From NCBI RefSeq assembly GCF_006345805.1, contig NW_021833747.1:9311-73310 (forward strand): a stretch of DNA of 64,000 nucleotides. The letters are read 5' to 3'. This DNA comes from Octopus sinensis (Eukaryota). The translations under genes and the position numbers were made by a program. Positions 39,672 through 51,974 of the stretch are shown here, piece after piece. Position 1 is the stretch's first letter. Every line of letters starts with the position of its first letter. The notes below the pieces were generated by a model, which ran no database searches, was not told the origin of the DNA, and saw only the letters and a list, made by a program, of their open reading frames with translations.

Positions 39672-39928
39672 TTTCAAAATGAAAATGGCTAAAAAACCCA
39701 CGAAAGTTTTGAAAGTTTTTTTGTAATTCGCCCATACAGGGCGGAATTCTACGTGAATAATTCTCAGGTTTTTTAGTGAATGAATTTGCACAACGATTAA
39801 AACCAAAATATTTGACAACAAGGAGTTTTAAACATGTAAAAGTGGCCAACTTACTTGGAGCCGATATGACTAGCGTCCGTCCATTGTGATAGAGATAGAG
39901 ATAGATAGAAAGATAGATAGATAGATAA

Positions 39929-39981
<53 letters not shown>

Positions 39982-39982
39982 C

Positions 39983-40022
<40 letters not shown>

Positions 40023-40023
<1 letters not shown>

Positions 40024-40084
40024 TGTTTCTTTATTAGCCACACAGGGCTGCACACAGATAGAACAATTACAAGGTAGAGCTTTT
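40023..40084 (-). mobile_element. 62-bp 5'-truncated copy of the same Tx1 3' end in the same (GATA)n tract
   Basis: Matches 33805-33867 except for one base indel. Confidence 0.9.
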
Positions 40085-40790
40085 ATTGATAGATAGATAG
40101 ATAGAGAGATAGGTAGATACATAGGTACATACATACACACATACATACATACATACAACATACATACATACATGCATACATACATGCATACATACATACT
40201 ACTACATAACAGGCATACATACATACATACATGCATACATACATACATACATACATACATAAGACATACATACTACATACATAATACATACAAACATAAA
40301 TACATACTTGTTCTTATAAATGTTCTCTCCCTGTGGTTTTCTTAAACTAGCACACAGTAAATGGTATAAAGTAGAAGCTGTAAAGAATTTTGGATTTAGT
40401 AAACCCATATTTGAACTGATACAGGAGGAAATTTAGACAGACGATAAATTCATATTTGACAGATGCGTGCTTCAAACTTGTTTGCAAATCGAAATAGTTT
40501 ATATCCGCCGTGCTTCTCTCATTTTCGTTTCATATATATATCTCGGTATTGATAAAAATATACTGTACAAGTATGGACTAAACTAGTATGCCAGACTTAA
40601 GAAAATTAGCGATGGGTATTGTTTTTCCTCATCTCACTTTCGTCCCCTTTGTCCCCTTCTCCCTTCCACCTCCCTCTCCCCACTCACCCCATATCCTCTC
40701 GTCTCTCCTATTTCTTTCTCCTCTCTCTGTGTCTCTCTCCCTCTCTAGTTATCTGTCTCTTCGTCCCACGCTCTCCCTTCTTCACATACC

Positions 40791-41024
40791 TATTTCTTTA
40801 CTATCCACAGGGGGCTAAGCACAGAGAAGACAAACAAGGACAGACAAACGGATTAGGTCGATTATATCTACCCCAGTGCGTAACTGGTACTTATTTAATC
40901 GACCCCGAAAGGATGAAAGGCAAAGTCGACCTCGGCGGAATTTGAACTCAGAACGTAACGGCAGACGAAATACGGCTACGCATTTCGCCCGGCGTGCTAA
41001 CGTTTCTGCCAGCTCGCCGCCTTA
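40791..41024 (-). mobile_element. SINE A with 14-bp TSD
   Basis: TSD cttcttcacatacc at 40777-40790 and 41031-41044. Confidence 0.9.
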
Positions 41025-41468
41025 TCTCTACTTCTTCACATACCCTTACTTTCTAAGGCGGCTATATGCAATATAACACCAAATTCAATTGTCCCTAATT
41101 TTGGCTGACAGTGCGGCGTAGCATCTACATTGCTAGAAATAAGAGATAAAAACACTTAGAGCGACAGAGAAGCACATGTGTACACATGCGCGCGTGCAAT
41201 ATATAAAACCATAAACGAAAAGTTCAATTGCAACTAATTGTGACTGAGGGTTACGGGTAATACCTATATTGCTGGAAACAAGAGTCAAACCACCCTTAGG
41301 GCCGCAAGAAAGCACATTTTCAAATATATGAGAGAGAGAGAGAAAGAGAAGAAGAAGAAGAAGAAGAAGAAGAAGAAGAAGAAGAAGAAGAAGAAGAAGA
41401 GAGACAGAGAGATAAATAGATAAATATATCAACCGACAGGCTGATGGACTAACAGACAGACAGACTGG

Positions 41469-41524
<56 letters not shown>

Positions 41525-41547
41525 GATAGTGAGGTATGTAGATGAAC

Positions 41548-41597
<50 letters not shown>

Positions 41598-41659
41598 GTA
41601 GATAGATAGATAGATAGATAGACAGAAGATAGAAAGATAGATAGATATGTGTGGTAGGC

Positions 41660-41693
<34 letters not shown>

Positions 41694-41847
41694 CAGGTAG
41701 ATGGATAGATAGATAGACAGACAGACAGATAAGTAGGTAGGTATATATATATAATATATATATATATATATAAATATAATATATATATATTTCGTTTGGG
41801 ATTTGGCACAAAATGAAAATTACTTTCCCCAGACGCCATAGTATATA

Positions 41848-42223
41848 TCTCTCTATATATAAACGGCCAGTTTGTCTGTGTGTGTGTGTCTGTGTGTCTG
41901 TCAGGTTGTATCCTCACCCTGACCATGGCTTTCAACCGATTCTGATGAAACTTGACACACACATAGCCCAATGTCATAATTCAAAACTAACGCAGCGAAA
42001 ATTTTGAAAAGTTCCCCCAGTTCTGAAAAAAATCGATAAATTCGACATGGGGTCGAGAATCAGAAACACAAACCACAGACTGTCTAGGGGACGCAACTCG
42101 ACCGTTTTAACTCTCAAAAAAAAATTTACCACAATTTTTTTCTATTTTTTGGCTATAACTCTCTAAAAATGCTTTATAGTTATTTCCCTTACAAACCCGA
42201 GCAACGCCGGGCGATACTGCTAG
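41848..42223 (+). mobile_element. Non-autonomous Helitron (~376 bp)
   Basis: 5' TC after A, subterminal (TG) tract, 3' hairpin cccgagc-aac-gccggg, terminal CTAG followed by T, no TSD. Confidence 0.75.
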
Positions 42224-42759
42224 TATATATATATATATATATGCGCGCGTGTGTGTGTGTGTAGATAAATAAATAGATAGATAGATAGATAGTTAGGTAG
42301 ATAGATAGATAGATAGATAGGTAGATAGATAGATAAATAAATATGTGCGTAGGTAGACAGACAGATATTAAAGCACAAAGTATTGATATTAAATTTATGA
42401 TTTCACAGTAACAATCATATTGAAAAGTTCTTTCTCAAAAATAAAGTGGGATGAGGAGGCTTAAGATCATTGCCGATAGGTTTTGAGCATTGAAATATGC
42501 CACTCAAACAGTATCTGTAATACAGCAACAGAAATATATATATCAACCCATTATTTGAAATGAACAAGACCAAATATTACAGATCGGTTGTTAAGTCTTC
42601 AACAATTACTGAATTTTCTATGACCTTCTACGTGACGCCATCTTTGCTGAATTGCATACATCTTTAACGACAGCGAAGAGAAAAATTCTGTAATATTTAG
42701 AAAACTATCAGTAACTGGATGAGTTCCGTAAACTTGAGAATAGTTGTTGAACTCATATT

Positions 42760-43175
42760 CTCTTTACTCTTTTACTCTTTTACTTGTTTCAGTCATTTGA
42801 CTGCGGCCATGCTGGAGCACCGCCTTTAGTCGAGCAAATCGACCCCAGGACTTACTCTTTGTAAGCCCAGTACTTATTCTATCGGTCTCTTTTGCCAAAC
42901 CGCTAAGTGACGGGAACGTAAACACACCAGCATCGGTTGTCAAGCAATGCTAGGGGGGACAAACACAGACACACACACAAACACACACATATATATATAT
43001 ATATATACATATATACGACAGGCTTCTTTCAATTTCCGTCTACCAAATCCACTCACAAAGCATTGGTCGGCCCGGGGCTATAGCAGAAGACACTTGCCAA
43101 GATGCCACGCAGTGGGACTGAACCGGAACCATGTGGTTGGTTAGCAAGCTACTTACCACACAGCCACTCCTGCGC
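42760..43175 (-). mobile_element. SINE family B, full length
   Basis: Reverse complement of B consensus. Confidence 0.88.
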
Positions 43176-43228
43176 ATATTATATATATATTATTTATATT
43201 ATATATATATATATTATATATAGATTAT

Positions 43229-43282
<54 letters not shown>

Positions 43283-43293
43283 TATATTTACAT

Positions 43294-43330
<37 letters not shown>

Positions 43331-44284
43331 CAACGGTGGTTGCCCCAGCATGACCGCTGCTCTGCTTTGATGTGAAACACTTTAAATATATTTAAATATA
43401 TATAAATATACACACACATATCAAATTACATACCATATTTCTTGGTGTGTAGTGTGCGCCTTCTCGTTAGTTTACACAAATCTTAGAAGGAGAATTACGA
43501 ATTGGAATGAAATAAGGTGCCTTTATTTTTTCCTGCTTTATCATTACTTTTAGTAAAAACTGTTTTATATTGGTTTTAAGTGGGGAAAAATGATTCGTGT
43601 ATATAAATGGAATACGTAATGAAGTCAGTTACGAAATCATGTACAATAACATCATAGTGACCATGAAAATGAAGTAATTTAAATTTTCTCCAACTGTAAA
43701 GAAATATTGTACATTTGTATCGATGAATACTCGTATATACAGACAATGCAAATATGTCGGTGAAAAAGTTGGTAGAAAGCAGCTAGAAACGTAGAGGAAA
43801 TGTGAATGAATCCTTATGGATATAAGAATATGCAAAAGTGCAGGGAGATATTTTATTAGTGTTACTACACATTACATGACAGAGAAAAAAATAATGTATT
43901 TTATAGGGAACTAAAATACATAAGTGGGTACATAAACAAGAAGCAAAGAGCAATAAATGCTCCAAAAAAAAAAAAACACTGTATCATGGAGATATATTTA
44001 ATCATATTCTATAAAACCTTAGAAATCTTCACCTTGAGAACTGTGTTACCGAGCATCTTCAAAAGTGGCACAATTGTTCTTATTACCGCGCTGCCGTATT
44101 ATTCTCTCCGCTTCTAGAATACTTTGTCACGTGATATAGATTATGAAATTTCATTCCAAAAATTATATCATCCATGATAATTTGAAAGTGATTTATAAGG
44201 TCACTAATGCAGCATCTACCTCGTCAGTGTTCCATAAACGCATTTTATTCCATACTTGTATAATAATAGTCTTTTTTCTGAGTC

Positions 44285-44845
44285 GGCGAGCTGGCAGGAA
44301 CGTTAGCACGCCGGGCGAAAAACTTAGCGGCATTTCGTCTGTCTTTATGTTCTGAGTTCAAATTCCGCCGAGGTCGACTTTGCCTTTCATCCTTTAGGGG
44401 TCGATTAAATAAGTACCAGTTACGCACTGGGGACGATGTAATTGATTTAATCCGTTTGTCTGCCCTTCTTTGTCCCATCTGTGTTTAGACCCTTGTGGGT
44501 AGTAAAGAAATAGGTATTTCGTCTGCCGTTACGTTGTGAGTTCAAATTCCGCCGAGGTCGACTTTGCCTTTCATCTTTTCGGGGTCGATAAATTTATTAC
44601 CAGTCAAGCACTGGGGTCGATGTTATCGACTTAATACCTATGTCTGTCCTTGTTTGTCCCCTCTGTGTTTAGCCCCGTGTGGGCAATAAAGAAATAGGTA
44701 TTTCGTCTGTCTTTACATTCTGAGTTCAAATTCCGCCAAGATAGACTTCGCCTTTCATCTTTTCGGGTTCGGTAAATTAAGTACCAGTTGCGTACTGGGC
44801 CCCTCCCCCAAAATTTCTGGCCTTGTGGTTAGGATAGAAAAGAAT
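44285..44845 (+). mobile_element. SINE A trimer (one head, three bodies)
   Basis: Junction aaagaaatag|gtatttcgtc at ~44513 and ~44696; last unit has tail variant 2. Confidence 0.85.
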
Positions 44846-45044
44846 ATTGATAGTTTCCATTTCCGTGTTCCTACCGGTGTCACTTCAAAAGTGAACACTT
44901 CTAACATTTGTTCCTTTCTTTCCACATAGACATTTTAAATAGATTACCGACTGAAATATTTACTGAGTGCAGATGATTGGTTACGCCTGACACTAGAAGT
45001 AACTGAATTGTAAGTTGTTGAAATTTACGGATTTTTTTAATTAC

Positions 45045-45395
45045 TCTTTTACTTGTTTATTCATTTACTTCTTTCAGTCATTTTGACTGCGCCCATGGTG
45101 GAGCACCGACTTTAGTCGAACAAATCGACCCCTGTGCTTATTCTTTGTAAAGCTAGTACTTATTCTATCGATCTCTTTTGCCGCAACGCTATGTTACGGG
45201 GATGTTAAGCGATAGTGGGTGGGCAAACACAGACACACATATACACATATATATACGATGAGCTTCTTTCAGTTTCCGTTTACCAAATCCACTCACAAGG
45301 CTTTGGTCGGCCCGAGGCTATAGTAGATGACACTTGCCCAAGGTTCCACACCAGAACTATGTGGTTGTGAATCAAGCTTCTTACCATACAGCTAC
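45045..45395 (-). mobile_element. SINE family B, diverged
   Basis: Reverse complement of B body. Confidence 0.75.
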
Positions 45396-45504
45396 TGCAG
45401 TGCCTTGTTTACTGTAACATCTTTCAGCTCATTTTTCTTTCTCTAAGTCCCAAGGTGGTAGAAAAAGAGACAGATAGACAGACAAACAGAATGGCAGAGA
45501 GAGA

Positions 45505-45551
<47 letters not shown>

Positions 45552-45884
45552 TGAGAGAGACGCACATAATCAGGTAGAGAGAGACTGAAATAAAAATAGA
45601 GAGTATGTGTGTCGGCATTCACCCACTGGCATATGTATATAGATATGCAATTTGCCCTCTTGTCTATTGGGCTTGTAAACTCATATAAGGATTGATAAAA
45701 TATTATCTCTCTCCTGGTTTGAGATCTCTTGTTTTGCCAGTAGATGGCAGCAGACAAAACAAACGTGTAGTTTATCCTTCAAGCTCCTTTTCCCTAGCTT
45801 ATAGCGCCGAAATTACATTTAATTATATGTCAACAGCTCGGTTATTTTTGTGGCGTGTGTTTGAATACTGTTTAGAATTTATCG

Positions 45885-46297
45885 TCAGTACCCCCCCCCC
45901 CCAAGTGGCTAGCCACATTCAGATGGCTAATACCCCTTACGTTGTCGAGCGGTTACTGTTTTTATCTCGTTCAGAGATTTATTATGTTTTCAGACAGTTT
46001 TTCTACATCAGTGACAGTGGTTACTGTGAAAAACATTATATATTGTTTGTAAGGGGACTCCTTCATCGAAGACCGGTGCTTACCATGCGTTGACAAGAGG
46101 CAATTACCTCGAAACTATAGTCCGTATGTAGTACTCGGGTCTTCGAGGGAAGATGACCTCCCTTTGCAAACAACACAACGACACTGAGATAGTGTCTAAA
46201 GTCCTTCTGGTGACGTTGATCGCCTGGGGCTAAAAGCATCAGTAACACCCCCCCCCAGTGGCTAACCACATTCAGATGGCTAATACCCCTTACGTTG
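45885..46297 (+). mobile_element. Retrozyme-like unit, ~354-nt period with ~59-bp terminal redundancy
   Basis: Direct repeats 45885-45944 and 46239-46297; internal hammerhead; extensive self-complementarity; no ORF of note. Confidence 0.65.
46084..46128 (+). ncRNA. Type I hammerhead ribozyme, U3-A8 core variant
   Basis: catgcg-TTGACAA-gagg(caatta)cctc-GAAA-C(tata)G-TC-cgtatg; 6-bp stem I, 4-bp stem II with G10.1-C11.1, palindromic stem III ACTATAGT, GUC triplet ending 46122. Confidence 0.75.
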
Positions 46298-47207
46298 AAA
46301 TATCAAATACTAAAGAACTATTTCCCGTCGAATCTGAACAGATGCGTGCGTGTGTGAGTCTTCTTTAAATTCTGATCAAAAGAGATATTGCTAGCATTTG
46401 AAATCAGTATTTTTCGAGTTGATGTTTGTGTTGCCATGATCTTTGACCAAAATTGTACAACCAATGATATTATTGTCTCGTCAGCTATTTTCAACGTTGC
46501 TGTGTGACGGTTAAACTTGTCAGCATTTTCTTTGTCATTCTAGCAGTATTTGTTTCATATATTGATGAATAGCAAACAAACGTTCCTCAAAGGTAACAAC
46601 TTCATTCAATAATAAATGATATATCCTGTTTAATCATGTATGACATATCTCTGAATGACATAATCCGGAGTATGTACAATCAAGTTTAATCGGTTGTTGA
46701 ACTTTCACGTTCCGTAACTTGTTATTTAGATCTTCAACAAATTTACTACAAGTTTATGTTAATAGATCCTGGTCAGACTATCATTACGTATAACATTCAA
46801 TGTTTACATTGCCAAACTGTTGAGGTGGCAGCAGTTGCTGTGGTGGCAGGATTTATATATAGTTGAAATTTATAAAAAAAACAAAAGATGATGATAGGTG
46901 TATGAACAACAAGTAGGTGTTTTAGGTAGACGCTCAGATAAATGAAAAATTCTTTTTACAATTTGAGCGTAAGCACCTCAAGAGAAAGGAATAAGAGAAA
47001 ATAAACAGAGCAAGAATGAAAAAAACCTGTATATATATATATATATAGTGAAGACTATTGAAAAGGTTGCAAGACGCAACGAAACTTTTAGGAAAATAAG
47101 TAGAAAGTTTACTGGTGAGTGTGTTAAATTATAAGGCACAAAAAAATGACTCTCCCCATCTCAACAGTATATATCAGTATATCAGTATATATATATATAT
47201 ATATTCG

Positions 47208-47845
47208 GAGACTCCCTTCGGTCACGACACAGACCATGGGATTGCACCTAGAAAGTTACCCTCCTAGACACAAGTCCGGGCGAGGTTGTTTATGGAAGAC
47301 CAGCAGTCGCCCATGCATACCAGCCTCCCCTCTCCACGCTACCAGTGTTATCCAAGGGAAAGACAAAGGTCGATACAGCTTGGCACCAGTGACGTCGCAA
47401 CTCATTTCTACAGCTGAGTGAACTAGAGCAACGTGAAATAAAGTGTCTTGCTCAAGAACACAACACGCAGCCCGGTCTGGGAATCGAGCTCACAACCTCA
47501 CGATCGTAAGCTCGACGCTCTAACCACTGAGCCATGCGCCTATATATATAGATTAGTGGTTAGGGTATTCAGCTCATGACCGTAGGGCCTCGCGTTCGAT
47601 TCCCGGTGGTGCGTTGTCTCAATGAGCAAGACACTTTATTTCACGTTGCTGGCAAAAATGAGTAATACCTGTATTTCAAAGGGCTGGCCTTGTCACACAC
47701 TGTGTCACGCTGAATCTCTCTGAGAAGCATGTGAAGGGATATGCGCGTGTGTGGAGTACTCAGCCACATGCACGTTAATCTCACGAGCAAGCTGTTTGGT
47801 TGATCGTATCAACTGGAAACCTCCTCATCGTAAGAGACAGCGTGC
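47208..47845. mobile_element. Head-to-head SINE E (minus, 47208-47540) and SINE D (plus, 47553-47845) across a short (TA)n
   Basis: Both carry the tRNA-like head plus ttgagcaagacactttatttcacgttgct; tails differ. Confidence 0.8.
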
Positions 47846-47868
47846 CAGTATATATATATATATATATG

Positions 47869-47900
<32 letters not shown>

Positions 47901-48213
47901 TGTATGTATGTACGTATGTATGTATGTATATAAAGACGCAAAAATTGCACTGTTACAAAATGAAAAGATGTTCCCGAAATCTATGTGTGCACACACCCGC
48001 ACACACACACACACCACACACAACACACACCACACACACACATACACACACACATAAATATATATATATATATATATATATAAGATATAATATATATATA
48101 TATATTTGTGTGTGTGTGTGTGTGTGTCTGTGTGTGTTTGTGTGTGTCTGTGTGAGTGAGTGCATGTGAGCATGTGATTATCAATATGTTTATGCGTATC
48201 TAAATAATATATG

Positions 48214-48600
48214 TGGAGTGGCTGTGTGGTAAGTAGCTTGTTTACCAACCACATGGTTCCGGGTTCAGTCCCACTGCGTGGCACCTTGGGAAGTGTCTTC
48301 TACTATAGCCTCGGCCGACCAAAGCCTTGTGAGTGGATTTGGAAGACGGAACTGAAAGAAGCCCGTCGTATATATGTATATATATGCGTGTGTGTGGTTT
48401 GTGTGTCTGCGTTTGTCCCCCTAGCATTGCTTGACAACCGATGCGGTGTGTTTATGTCCCCGTCACTTAGCGGTTCGGCAAAGGAGACCGATAGAATAAG
48501 TACTGGGCTTACAAACGAATAAGTCCCGGGGTTAAAAAAGGCGGTGCTCCAGCATGGCCGCAGTCAAATGACTGAAACAAATAAAAGAGTAAAAGAGTAA
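48214..48600 (+). mobile_element. SINE family B
   Basis: B consensus with small internal deletion. Confidence 0.85.
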
Positions 48601-48695
48601 AATATATATATATATATATATAAGTATGTATGTATGTATGTATGTATGTATGTATGTATGTATGTATGTATGTATGTATGTATGTATGTATGTAT

Positions 48696-50781
48696 ATACC
48701 TATCCCTGCACGGAAACAATATCTCAAAGGTCTTATAGAGAAAACGGAAGAGTTTATTAGAAGACTGAGATGGAAAGCCTTCTTCTTTGATAATAAACAG
48801 AAAATAGAAGGAAACAAATATGGATTTAAATCTCCCAGAAACCCGCCACCGATTCCGGAATTAGAAGCCTTCGAGAAAGACCTTTTCGAGCTTTTAGGAA
48901 AATTAAATTCCGCAAATATACCAACCAAGTGCAGACAAATATGAGAGAAAATTGAGGAGATTAACGACTCGAATAAGATCTTCGTTAATTCTGACAAGAC
49001 AAGGAACTTATATGCACTTGATAAGGACGTTTATAAACGCCTGATTTCGAATAGTGTCACGGACACATACAAAAAAGACAACACGAATATATACAAAGAG
49101 GTGAACTTAGAAGCAAGAGGAATAGCTAACGATCTTAAGATTAGCGATAGGATTGAATACCTTTCACCACGACCAGCTTTTATTACTCTGAAAGACCATA
49201 AAGCCATTTTAGTAGAAACCCCAAATGTAGATTGATAATCCGGCTAAAACTGAGATAGGATTATTAGCAAAAATATTTTGGACCGTATTTTAGTTAAGTT
49301 AGATAGTGAAGTAGACTTGAGAATTTGGAAGAATAGTAAGTCAGTTATAGAGTGGTTTAAAGGTATTAGCTATAAGAATAATTGTAGTTTCCACACAATT
49401 CGACATTATTGACTTTTACCCGTCAATATCTAGGACGTTGCTCCTAAGGGCATTGGACTTCGCCAAGCAGTATGTCAACATCGATAGCTCGGAAAATGAA
49501 ATTATTATGCATGCGAGGAAATCGCTTCTTTTTTTTTTCGAGGATTCCACCTGGATTAAGAAGACTGAGGATTCTCTTTTCGATGTACAGATGGGGCATA
49601 CGACGGGGCTGAATTATGTATGCTCATAGGAGCCTTTATTCTCCATAATCTAAAAATAGAATTCCCATTTATATGCAGGTTTATATAGGGATGACGGCCT
49701 TATAGCCACGCATAATCTAAACGGCCATGAATCAGATAGACTTAGGAAGGACCTTATAGCTTTCTTTCAAAGGATGGCTTACGGGTTACGATAGATGCTA
49801 ACTGAATAGTGTAGATTTTTTAGACGTAATTTTAATGTAATCGGATAGATTTAAACCTTTCCGTAAGCCCAATGAAAAGCTATCGTATATTAGCAAAGAT
49901 TCGAACCATCCACCAGTTATCCTTAGCAACTTAGTCAGCAATGTAGGTAGAAGAATATCTTCAATTTCTTCGGACGAGGCAGCATTCCATAATGCTGCAC
50001 CTTATTACGATAGCGCATTAAAGAATAGTGGATTCTCGGAGAAGATCCAGTTCAACCAGCTTAATGCTGATAATAATGCTGTACGAAGAACTAGGACCAG
50101 GAAAGTTTTGTGGTTCAACCCGGCTTTCATTTGGCCGTAAAGACTAATATAGGTAAGGAATTTTTGAGATTAGTCTCTAAGCATTTAAGCAGGGTCATAA
50201 ATTCTACAGAATTTTAATAGAAGAACCCTGAAGGTTAGCTATTCTTGTTGCAGAAATTTCGCCTCTTACATTAGCCAACGTAATAGGAAGCTAATTGAGA
50301 TTAGACATGGTGCCGAGCCCATTAAGAAATGTAATTTCAAAAACGAAAGCTCCTGTCCGTTAGAAGGAAATGTCTAGTGAAAGGAGTAGTTTATAGAGCC
50401 AAGGTGCAAGTGAAAGGCTCATCGGAATACAAGACATACACAGGGGCTTCAGAAAATTCATTTAAAACAAGATTTTATTCTCATAAAAATTCATTTAAAT
50501 ACCCAGAGAACACGAAGAAACCAGCCTAGCAAAATATGTCTGGGAACTAAAAGAAAAGGAAGCCCACATTTCAACGTGACATGGAGCATTCTGGACAGGG
50601 CGGCACCATATACAGGCATGGAGCTTACAAAAATAATTTCAAGTGCAGACTTTGTCTATTAGAAAAAATGTACGTCTTATTCAAAGACAATAATTCTTTG
50701 AATCAAAGAAGTGAGTTAATGAACTTATGTAGGCACGCGGCTAAATTTAAAATGTCGAATATAAATATACCATATGGATAG
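48696..50781 (+). mobile_element. Penelope-like element, near-complete RT + GIY-YIG ORF with frameshifts, starting next to (TATG)n
   Basis: IPIPARKQYLKGLIEKTEEFIRRLRWKAFFF; AFITLKDHK; CRLINPAKTEIG; FDIIDFYPSIS; FDVQMG; GLYRDDGL; SNHPP; GVVYRAKV...YTGASENSFKTRFYSH; CRLCLLEK...LNQRSELMNLCRH. Confidence 0.92.
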
Positions 50782-51822
50782 AGTATATATTTTGTATTTT
50801 TGATTTTTGATTTTGACTCTTGAGCGCTACGATCGATTTTGTTTCCAAGCTATGCGGATCTTAATCCGTATAGCAAAGTCTTATGTTTCTACATATATAT
50901 TAGGAAAAACCTACAAACTTTGTTTTCATGTTATTGTATTGCATAGGATTACCTTGATTATTTATATACCTTGATTATTTATAAATGACCAAAATAGGAT
51001 GTTATATTTTATTTTATATGTCTTTCGTATATATATTTTTATTAATGCACCCATTTTTAAAAGCAATGTTTTTTTTAAAAAAAGCAATGTTGTCAAAATT
51101 AGAATGTTTATATAAGTATGTGTATAGCAAAGCATATGTATTTGTAAGCATGCGTATCTGTGTATGTGTAAGTGAAAGTATGTTTGTGCTTAAGCACACA
51201 TATACACGACGTATGTATATTTATCCATTCAAACTTGTGTATGTATACTGGTCTCTATAGATGCCAATAACATCGCTACACTGCTTGTATACATAATTTT
51301 TTCTTATTTCGTTTTTTTTCCCCCCCACCCCTCCTTCGTTCCTTTTTCTCTCTTTCCCTTTCTTTCGTTCCCCCCCTTGCTCAGTATATGAGAATTGCTA
51401 CATAGATGAATTTTAGCTTGCGTGCGAGACGGTTTGCGTGAATATATGTACACATGCTTTATGTGTATATTTTTAGATTCATATTCATACGTCTGTATAT
51501 GTATGTTGGCGTTTACGCGCATCCTTTGTGTATGTTGGATATATATATGTAGATTTTAATATAAATATGTATTGCAGTATTATAACAGGTTTAATTTCTA
51601 TGCATTAATTTGCACTGTCTTCATTAACGTCAATAGGTTTTTCCTCGGATTTTATAATTTTTATAAGTTTTATATATATATATACATATATTTTGACCTT
51701 TTTGTTTATCGCTCGAAGATTGACCGTTTTTTCTAAAGGGCCAATCAACAAGTCCATTTCTTTTTTAAAGGTGTAGCGTTTGTAAGAGTATAGATTGAAT
51801 TGATATATCAGTTCCATTCTAG

Positions 51823-51871
51823 CAAAAACTGTCTGATGAACGGCAACGAGAAACTCAGAGTACAGATTTTG
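51823..51871 (+). ncRNA. Imperfect type I hammerhead downstream of the Penelope ORF
   Basis: caaaaactgt-CTGATGA-acggcaacga-GAAA-CTCAGAG-TA-cagattttg; related 3' half gaaactgagtaacagcttttg at ~32108. Confidence 0.5.
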
Positions 51872-51930
51872 TTGAATTTCTGCTGCTTAAAATAAATATA
51901 TATATATATATATATATAATATATAAATTA

Positions 51931-51974
<44 letters not shown>

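Larger units (their letters stand above)
33805..39887 (-). mobile_element. Near full-length Tx1/L1-clade LINE (~6.1 kb) inserted in (GATA)n
   Basis: 5' UTR, ORF1 with CCHC knuckle, ORF2 with APE endonuclease, RT and C-terminal zinc finger, 3' UTR ending AATAAAgaaacat directly into (ATCT)n. Confidence 0.93.

Noticed and set aside
41940-41955. CTGATGAAAC inside the Helitron
   Set aside because: No stem II between the core halves; chance match.
42625-42650. Minus-strand AAGATGGCG, a YY1/start-codon-like motif
   Set aside because: ORF closes after six codons (MASRRRS*) and there is no promoter context.
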